Assembly (NCBI GenBank): GCA_051362555.1
Contig: CM120640.1
Location: 21,576,001 to 21,640,000 of the forward strand
Source of the DNA: Lingula anatina
Taxonomy: Eukaryota > Animalia > Brachiopoda
DNA: 64,000 nucleotides
Direction of reading: 5' to 3'
Shown here: positions 55,301-64,000 of the stretch, piece after piece
Layout: each line of letters opens with the position of its first letter
How positions within the stretch are numbered: the first letter of the stretch is position 1
The notes under the pieces: generated by a model
Told to the model about the DNA's origin: nothing
Seen by the model: the letters and a program-made list of their open reading frames with translations, nothing else
Database searches by the model: none
Program-made: the position numbers and the translations under genes

Positions 55301-55552
55301 ATTTGATATAAACCCTGAATGAAGTTACTGTTGATTATTTATTGTCACATTACCTTGACAAGAAAAAAGATTTGAACTTTGCCAATCACACCTGCTCAAA
55401 AAAGGGGAAAAAATGTTTGCCAAGTGTAGGTTCATTTTGAATAATTATTTTTTCTCCAGATTAAACTTGTCAATATCCGAGCGGATGAAATTGTTGATGG
55501 CAACCCCAAACTGACTCTTGGATTGATATGGACCATAATATTGCATTTTCAG
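40247..55552 (+). CDS. shot: Spectraplakin (short stop / dystonin / MACF1 / plectin family), 5' partial, spliced: alternative first exon + exons 49461-49522, [54101-54118], 54797-54886, 55082-55159, 55460-55552; encodes the N-terminal CH1 actin-binding domain
   Basis: Spliced translation ...[11 protein letters not shown]|[21 protein letters not shown]|[30 protein letters not shown]|[26 protein letters not shown]|[31 protein letters not shown]. All introns are GT-AG with compatible phases. Confidence 0.93.
44262..44775. repeat. Intronic tandem duplication, 256 bp x2
   Basis: CTGCAGGGCATTTGCCATGG at 44265 and 44521. I counted 4 substitutions between the copies. Confidence 0.95.
47342..47480 (+). 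CDS. shot: Spectraplakin alternative first coding exon B (MEWWEKQ...[12 protein letters not shown], phase 1)
   Basis: AGCATGG start, 46 codons +1 nt, donor CAG|GTATGG, in frame with exon 49461. YEENRLRYT|DERD resembles plectin-1f YEEVREKYK|DERD and dystonin-isoform-1 YEDVLERYK|DERD (recalled sequences). Confidence 0.8.
49461..49522 (+). CDS. shot: Spectraplakin common exon 2 ([21 protein letters not shown])
   Basis: TTTTCAG acceptor, GTGAGT donor, and the actinin-type actin-binding signature [10 protein letters not shown]. Confidence 0.96.
49871..49921. repeat. (TCAC)n/(CA)n microsatellite
   Basis: Directly visible. Confidence 0.9.
54101..54118 (+). CDS. shot: Candidate 18-nt alternative microexon HWRLSK (plectin exon 2-alpha equivalent)
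   Basis: TTCTTTTTCACCATTTTCAG|CACTGGCGATTGTCAAAG|GTCGGT, phase 0-0. It sits at the same position as plectin 2-alpha (HWRAE). Confidence 0.75.
54797..54886 (+). CDS. shot: Spectraplakin exon 3 ([30 protein letters not shown])
   Basis: TTCCAG acceptor, GTAAGT donor, 30 codons, CH-domain motif DL.EDLRDG..L..LLEVLS. Confidence 0.96.
55082..55159 (+). CDS. shot: Spectraplakin exon 4 ([26 protein letters not shown])
   Basis: TTCCAG acceptor, GTAAGT donor, 26 codons. Resembles PREKGRMRFHKLQNVQIALD of plectin/dystonin. Confidence 0.96.
55460..55552 (+). CDS. shot: Spectraplakin exon 5 ([31 protein letters not shown]), end of CH1
   Basis: TTTTTCTCCAG acceptor, GTAAGA donor, 31 codons, family-diagnostic [19 protein letters not shown]. 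Confidence 0.97.
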
Positions 55553-56724
55553 GTAAGACTACTTTTCATTTAAATAATGGATGGTTTTTAAAAGTGTATC
55601 TCAGGGAGATTTTTTTGTTCATTTGGCCGTCAAGTATCTGTCATTTACCTTGTTCCAGGCAATACAATTATTCCACCAATGCAATTATTTGGAACTTCAA
55701 AGTATTGTCTTTAACAAATAACTAGAGAACTTGTGTACATTTACTTTATTTAATTTTTTCTAGTAAAGTATACCCATATAACAGACACTATCATACTAGT
55801 TGGTGATATTTTTAAATATGTAATGACTTGTTACTGAAAGTATATATTTTGTTAACCTTACATTCCCCTTTAAACAAATTAGGTGATTTATTTCTCTTCA
55901 AGGGTCACATGGTGTGTTAAATTGAAATTCTAGATTTACACAATGTTTTTCATATATTCAAAAAGGAAAGTAATTGTAGCCAGGATTATTATTGGGTTTA
56001 ACAATATTCTCTTCTTGGATAAAGTTAATCTCACCTTTTCTTGACCTGTCAGCCAGGAGGGGTTGGGTTCTCCTTTGTTAAAAGCCATAGGGTATTTCTC
56101 TGTACCCATAGAATAGCTGTTTTCTTGTATCAGATACACAGTTCTTTTTTCACAGTTCTTTTTTTTTTGCAATTATTCAGATATAAAAATGACATGCCAT
56201 ACAAATGAAGTCCTGATGGCTCAGGCTGCAGATGACAGTTACATGATTTATATTGCTGTGTTTGTGCTTTGTGATTGCTCCAACTTTGCTGAAATAACTG
56301 AGACGTGCTTCAGGCATTTGACCCCTGTGTTATCATTCTGACCTACCCCTGTAGAAGAATCTTTTTGAAGTTATTTGAAAGATGATCTGTTATCCACTCC
56401 CAAAAAGCTGTTTATTTGCCCAAACTGAAGTCCTGCTTAGCAGAAAGAATTTTTATGTCTTTTATGTCTTCCACTTAATCCCAATGCAAAAGTGGCATCT
56501 TAGCTGTGTTGAAAAAATAAAGTATAGAGTTCTGGATAGACTCTAGTGTGACTGTGGTCATCTACTTAATATGTGATCAAATCTTTATTGGGGTCGGGAG
56601 ATATGATTACTGACCATACTGATGTCCAGCAACATGCTAGCTCAAAATCTGTTCCACACGAAAGTGAACTTGATGTATACATTTAGCTACAGGTTTGATC
56701 TGTTCTTTGGTCTTGCATGAAGAT

Positions 56725-56917
56725 TTGTCTGAATGAGGACTTCCTGTAATAAGCATTTACCTCCCTATTAGGGGTCACGCTAGCCTCTAATTAGACGGGG
56801 GGGGGGGGGGGGGGGGGGGGTTGTCTGAATGAGGACTTCCTGTAATAAGCATTTACCTCCCTATTAGGGGTCAAGCTAGCCTCTAATTAGACGGGGGGGG
56901 GGGGGGGGGGGGGGGGG
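56725..56917. repeat. Tandem duplication of 96 bp, each copy ending in a G24-25 homopolymer
   Basis: TTGTCTGAATGAGGACTTCC at 56725 and 56821. G-runs at 56797-56820 and 56893-56917. Confidence 0.93.
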
Positions 56918-59900
56918 TTGAGGGGGGGGAGTTGGTGGACACACTAATTTTACTGCCATCAGGTATTTTGATATTTAATTGGGAGCTGACAGGTTACATG
57001 CTGAAGTGAGGAACTGGATTATGTCACCTGGGACAATTTACCACAGGTGTCTTTCACTTAGCCAGATACATTGAGAGACTGGCTTTGGTTACCTTACATG
57101 CACCTTTAATTCTGTATATATATATATACTGTTTTATTACTAGTTTGCACTCACTTCTGTGTCCCTTCAGCATGGCAATGAATAGGAATCCAGTTCATTT
57201 GTAAAACATTTCTTTTCAATATGTGAGATATTGTATAAGAAGACTGACCAAAGCATAAGATTATCTTGGTAATTTTTCCACACACATTTGACAAAAAGGA
57301 AAACAAAATAACTTAGTAAAATCCTTTTGCTGAAATGATTATGGCGTTTGCTCTCTGTAAAATTTACTTAGTCAACTCTGTACCAAGGATATTACATAGA
57401 CAGAAGTGGTTGACTTACCTGCACTAATTAAGCATGCAAGTGGTCAATAGTCCTTTTGAGCTATTATGTAGTAACTGGTGATCCATGTTGAGTTGGCTAT
57501 TATAACTCCGGCTGCATAGCTCTTCTTGGGCTCATTTCCCTGAGTTTACTTTACTATGCTCACACAGCCTGTGGTATTTTGCTGCAGTGGCATGAACTGG
57601 TAAGAATCGAGGCCACTGAATGTGTTTTATGTCAGACTCTGTAAAAAAAGAATACAGGTAGAAGTGGAGTACTCTGCCAGCATGTGTGAATAGGCCTCTG
57701 GTTTCTTCCACATTCTAAAGCCTGACCTGGACTAACATTACCGCCATTGTTTACTTAGCAGTGTAAATTGTTATCGGAAAGGTGTCATGTGCCCTAAGGA
57801 AGAGGACTTACCCAGTACTTTTGGGGATTTAGCCAGTGGACTTGTCATGCTTCTGTGATTTAGGACTTCCCCCAGTGTGCCCCAGTTTCCATATATGGAA
57901 GTAATGAGTATTTAAGTACCTTAATGTATGCAGGGAGTTGCTGGACTTAAAGTCTACCAAACTTAACCGGCAGCTGAGCAGGTCCCTCACTCTAGACATG
58001 TCAAGGTAGTCGTAGATGTCTCTGCCTGAAGAACTGGAATCATCAGCAACCCAGGGACATACCAGACTCACATGTTAGCACCTTTAATGACCCAGGGTTA
58101 GAGGAATAGTTCAGATCGTAGGTTGGAGTTTGCCAATGGAGCTTCCATAGTTGAAAACAACACTGGAGATCTGGAATATACAGTACCTGACTGGATGTGG
58201 CAAGAGTGTAAGACTGAAGTCAGTTTTTAAAGGGATAGATAACTTCTGTGAGTTAAAACTGGAGCAAAATGTTCAGTTGTATAAGTTGTAAGAGCAAGAA
58301 GAGGAAGAGAAAGTACAATGAAATTGTTGTTGAACCAGGCAAGAAGGAGGAGGGAAAGGTAGGCCATATCTCTCTTACTCAACAGTTTTTCGTAACAAAC
58401 TTTTGTTAAAGTAAAGGGTCAGTGGCATAGGTATAATGCTTGAGAGAATACATATATCCAGAAGCACCCCAGGTATAAAATGTTGAATTATGTTGTGTCA
58501 CAGCATCAATGCCCAATGTAAAGATTGCACGAGCAGTTTCTGTCAGAGACTGCAAAGACCCCTACCACACACGCACCCACCTCTGATGACTGTATTTGTG
58601 CACCAGCCATTCTTATTTCATGTATCGATTGCAGGCAACAGTAAGGATTATAGTGTATTGAACAGAGAGAATGAAACCATTGGAGCTTAACTCCAGTCTC
58701 AAGTCAGGTAAATAGGCTGTAATGTGAGCCCGATCGACTTCCAGGCTCTACTAGGACTAGAACACAACATTTTTGTTCTTTGCAGACTTGTTGACATTAA
58801 AAAAATTAAGGAATTTTTGATATTGATGTAAATGCATGCCCCCAAATTAAATATTGATTATCCAGAAAGTATGTTACAAACCTTGTGACTTGACCAGTGT
58901 CATTGATCAAAAATAAGGTTGTTAAGTAATTTTGAAATGACTCAGTACGAAGTTCCTATTGTCCCGAAATGACCATAATTTCTATTATAATAACAATAAT
59001 AGCTGCAAAAATACCAGGTGACCAGGTTGAAGTCTGTGTTCACTTGTGATGACTGAGTTTAGTATCTGTAATAATTGATATTACCCTGAAAACCTCATGA
59101 TTTCCTCAGGTGCATGGTAACCGACAATTATCATTTACAGCACATCCTCTTACTGAGATCGTATCACCCTGTGCAGTGTTAGTTCTCAGTCTTAACAGAT
59201 TGCCCAACTGTCTCCATTGAGACAGATATACTAATATCTTAAGTACATCGCAGACCAGAAGGGTAGTCTAGATTGCTCTCGTCAAGAGTCAGACTGGTAA
59301 AACTATTGGATGAATTATCATTTTAACATAGCCCATGTGCATGTATGGTTTTAGCATGGAAAGCACAGTCAAGGTGCTTGTGGTTACATGAAGGTGTTAG
59401 TCTGACTTGGTGAGAGATGACCCCTGCCAAAATATACATTGCTATCTTCTATACACATTGAGTCATTTGTTTTTACAAGTCCTGAATGTGAACACCATCT
59501 ATGGAATTTGCTCTCAGGGTTAAGATATTTAACTGCGATTTTGGAACACTTTAGTCGGAGCACAAATGTATTATGTAAAACCGGTTTGTTGCTAGAAGGC
59601 TTTATTATCAATCTTGTCTTCACATGCCGTCATTTTAAATCTTCAAAAGATAAAGTTCTCATGACGCTTGAAAAAAATATTTGTAGAAATAACAGATATT
59701 CCAAGGTATGTGAATCAAAAGAATGTGCGAAAAATGCAAACATTTTCATTTTCTGTGGACCGAAACATTGGTTTGTGGTAGTGTACATTGAACTTCTCTA
59801 AACTTTTTCTTAAAAATAAAAATGCAGCTGTTTTGAATTAGGTCTTGGTTTGTCTTCACAGAGCGAAAAGAAATGCAATAAAATACATTAGAAAGCATTC

Positions 59901-62900
59901 CACATTAAAAATAGTGCCCAGTTTCCTGAGGAATGCCCTTAATGTGACTTCCTCTGCATAGAAATGTGGGTAATAATCTTTGCGTTTTATGTCAGGTAGA
60001 TTCAATATTGTCATGGTTATCTGGTGCAGGTTGATACTTTTGTACTGTCACTCTGTGGTAGCTTGGGGACACAGGACAGCTTTGAGTGGTGCCAGATATA
60101 CTGGGGCACAGGGCTCACATAGCCTTTGGTTGATTTAGCAACTGCTTGCTGGGATTAGGATGCTATTTACTTGGTAAACAATGACGTAATGTTGTACTGT
60201 ATGGGTCCTAATGCAGTGCCATGGGAGGAAAATAAGATTTTCACAAGTGAGGAGATTTCAGCAGGATCAAAAAGTTTCTTGTCAGGTTACAAGGATAATA
60301 AAGGATATTTTGTACACAGAGATTTATATTATTTGTATTGTTATGTAAAGCTCTGGTTTCTGTTACATTTCTTTGATATTAAATACTAAGGAGATTAAAA
60401 TCTGAGATACGACCTGTATAGTTTTAGTATTAAGAAGATACCTCCCACACCTTGAATATATACATGCCCCTTTGGTACATATCAACAGAAGCTTCTGCTG
60501 GAACTTTAAGGCAGAGAGGTATCTTATATCATTTTAAGCCAGAGAGGAATTTGTTTTTGTTTTAACCCTGATCTAATTGCAAAGGAAAAAAATCAAAATT
60601 TGACTTTTTTTCTAACAGAAAATATGATATATATATCGAGATGTAAAAAATGTGCAGATACCATCTGGTGAAGTATTTCCATCCTTGTTATGCATAATTG
60701 AGGTGACTGTTCAGCAGACCCTGACTACACCTCTGTTGATGAAGATAGATATCAATGACAGTTTTAGCAACAACACCCTGAAGTGAAGACTGCATCTGTT
60801 TGTATTTTGTCAGATAAATGATATAGAATGTCAGCCTTAGGTAAAATGATGGGGACATTATGATGGAAATGCATGTATTTAGAGTCAGTTAATCTTTTCC
60901 GTGTCATTTGCATTCCTTGTTTCTGTTTACAGGGGCAGGTTGTACACTTGTCAGGCATGTAAACACATATGTTTATGTAAACAGGGTCCCACCTTATTCT
61001 TGTTATTAATTGCCATAATGAGTTTAACTTCCATGTTAATATGGTGGTCTACCTGCCACACCCTCTCACCAAAGGTTTTAAACCAAGGACAGTGAGAGAA
61101 ACCCGATCCGTCCAGGGTGTTTGTGTCTTTTGTGAACTGGTAAACTTGGTACATTGTCAGGAGTGAAACAAGACTCTGTTGCACTGGGGTTCTCTCAGGC
61201 AGGCTGGCTGCTTTTGGCTGTGGCTTTGTGCATATGTACCCTGTACTAGAAAACTGGCTTTGTGAAGGTCCCAGGCTTTTCTGCTGTGTTGATGCACACA
61301 AGTTTTACGTAACATTTTGTCAAAAGGGGTACTTAAAATGCACTTTGGAGTGATCCGTTACCTCTGATGATTGATGAGAGGATGTTTTCTAAAAATCAAA
61401 TGAAGATAGATTATGTCTCAAATAATATTTTTTTGCACCTACTGTAATGAAATTGTGTGATTCATTAGAGGAAAATGCCAAATATTATTGTATGCATCAG
61501 ATGTTATTTAATCAGTTGATAATGCAGTTTGAGCAATTGTTTCATCACCTAGAGCTGGTATTATGTGATGCCAATGACACTCAACATATAAACTGAAAAA
61601 CTTTTATGTAGTTGATGAAAAAAAATTATAGTACATAATAAAGTTGTTTAAGTGACATGTTCTGATTGTTTAATTAAAAAAATATTTTATTCCCCCCCTC
61701 CCAAATTTTTATATTAATACTATTAAGTATGACTGGGTACTAAATAAAAACAGCCTAGATGCTACACTCTCAAGCAGTGACATAATTCAGCAGATGTTTT
61801 AGCTTTGAAAGATTTGATGTTTCTACACTGTACCTATGCTACATGGAGCACTGGCTTTAACATTTTACACATGACATGTCTGGCGAAAGAGCCAAGCATC
61901 TCAGCCACATTACTTTTGTCCTGGTGGTGTATTTGAGCAGAAAACATTTCACCTGGAAATCAACTAGACATGTTGATGTTAGGTTAGAGTAGAGCCTGCT
62001 CCAATCACAATGATAAAAGAACCAGGCCAGCTGGAAAATTTAATGGTGTGTATTTAGAAGAGGTACAAGGGGGTAAAAATCTGAAAGCGAGAGCAATACC
62101 TAACTGTTATGTCATAGCTTTGGGGTTTAGATAAGATCAGAAATGTTGAAAACATCTGATAAAAATCAACTTAATTTAGAGAGATGGGAGTGTAAATGTC
62201 ATTGCTTGTGTTCAGTCGGTGGAATTTAGGCCCCTGTTATTTAGCCTTCCAAGGTGCAGAAGTCTTGATACCCTACTATGGCTGGGTTGAATACTGAGCT
62301 TCTGTTCCACTGCTTCCACCAGGAGGTCCCAAGACATGGGTCATTGAGTCTGTATTGACCTGTGTTTTTAAGAGGGGAAGGGGGTGCACTTCATAAAATG
62401 GACTTTATGCTGCATCTAGATCTTAAATGAAGAGGATATGGTGTTGTCCCACATGTTTGGGCATTTAATTGTATTAGAACATTTGTAGTTAAGGAGGAGG
62501 TGTATAATTGCCTTTACTGAAACAAATAATAAAAAATGATATTTAACTTGATTTTGTCATATTCTGTAGTTTTTATGAAATAATTTAAATTATCTTCGAC
62601 CTGATCTGATATTTCCAAGATGACTATGCAATGACTATTCATATATATTAAAATAGCATTAACAGGAAAACAGAACCCATTACTTATGTATGACAAGTCA
62701 GCAGACTGCAACAGTATATACAGGTTATTATGATCATAAATTCTGTCAGAACCGTTTGAAGTTGGAGATGGACAATTAATCTTTTATGATTATCAAAGAC
62801 GTGCCATCTGAGAGTTGTGACATAGTCTCCATACTAATTGTTGTAGGTGACAGGAATTTCACTGGGCATTTCACCAGAACATAGCAACTGTCAGTCTGGA

Positions 62901-64000
62901 CAGTAGTAATGTTTAAATTAAAAAAAATAATAATAAAGCAGAATATCCATATATATAAATGGGTAACATTGTACTACTGCTTTACCTTGGGTCAAAGTAA
63001 AGTGAAAATCTTAGGGTATAAATAAGTTTCTGCTTTTTAAAGGTTCTGATATGAGAATCTGGCAAACTGTCATCTTCAAACAGACATTGGGTGCAGAAGT
63101 TATTCCTCCATTATCTTTACACTTCATCACCCCTTATCTTTTCTTGGTGTGGTTCTTTTTATTGTACATTTGATAAATCTATGTGCAAACATTTTTTGTT
63201 TGCTTCTGCACTTAGAATTCAATAAAATACAATGAAGAATGCTATTGTTGTACACCGTCCTTCAGTGCAGTGTTTGTTTGAGGTCATGCTAGGGATGAAA
63301 AAAACTTTCTGGACGTTTGCATCTTTTGGAAATTGGGATTACTTAGTGCAAAAGTGAACACTTCAAAGCTTGTGAAAATCTTGAGTATCCTGTAATGTGT
63401 ATGTATTTGTGTGTCATTTCTAAACATGCCACTTTTTTTAAACAAAGACATCAAAAACTCTTATTGGACACAGAAAACACATTTATTAATACTCATAACT
63501 CATTTTTGAAGTATAGTCTCACCAGTAGTTTGAGGCGTTTACTAGTGTTTTCTCTTTTTCCTGTCTCCTGAGGTAGATCAAGTAGTCAAAACCATTGTTC
63601 TGTGAATGATGTTTTTTTAAATGGCTAAATTTATTTTTTAAACCTGGCACCTGTTAGCAGATGTTCTCATAGATAGGGCTGGTTAACCTTGGTATATGAG
63701 GGTGGTTTGTTGGTGGACACTGATGAGGGGTGAGGACATGGTCATTTCTGTCAGTGTACATTTTCCCTGGGGTCATTTTAGGGTCTAGGGTGTCAGAACC
63801 ATTAATAATGGTGCTCGCCATTAAATCTAGTTCAAGCATTCAGGATGTCCAGATAACTGTCAACTAAGAAATCTACAAACATGATATGCATTGATTTTAA
63901 TGAGAGGAAGGAACAATTTAGTATCAATAATATAATCTTGAATACTTAAAATAACTGTTGAAATGTGAAGAATGACTTGTCTTGAAATGGTCTTTCCTTT

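Noticed and set aside
62959-63000. MGNIVLLL... as a myristoylated isoform-3-like first exon
   Set aside because: Stop after 13 codons and no phase-0 donor.
40717-63839. Remaining short ORFs in spectraplakin introns
   Set aside because: Lengths are as expected by chance, and none has a recognisable domain or splice support.

Overview
AT-rich eukaryotic (invertebrate animal, probably lophotrochozoan; inference) genomic DNA in four parts. (1) 1-219: degenerate LINE apurinic-endonuclease fragment. (2) 220-34740: tandem array of about 244 monomers of ~141-142 bp with nested higher-order repeats (10-mer 1414 bp, 32-mer ~4.53 kb, 5-mer 712 bp). The many short ORFs in the track here are by-products of the repeat. 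Each monomer reads on the + strand as a complete spliceosomal module: a 62-nt 'exon', a GT donor (AAG|GTTAGT/GTAAGT), a ~80-nt 'intron' with a CTAAT branch-point motif and polypyrimidine tract, and a TACAG acceptor. The array starts exactly at a donor and ends in a donor-less last exon followed by AATAAA. (3) ~35-39.3 kb: CpG-richer spacer with two inverted Helentron/DINE-1-like non-autonomous elements. (4) 40247 onward: 5' part of a spectraplakin gene (shot/dystonin/MACF1/plectin family) with two alternative first coding exons, an 18-nt HWRLSK microexon and the four CH1-domain exons. The gene continues beyond the window. All calls were made by eye with no database searches.
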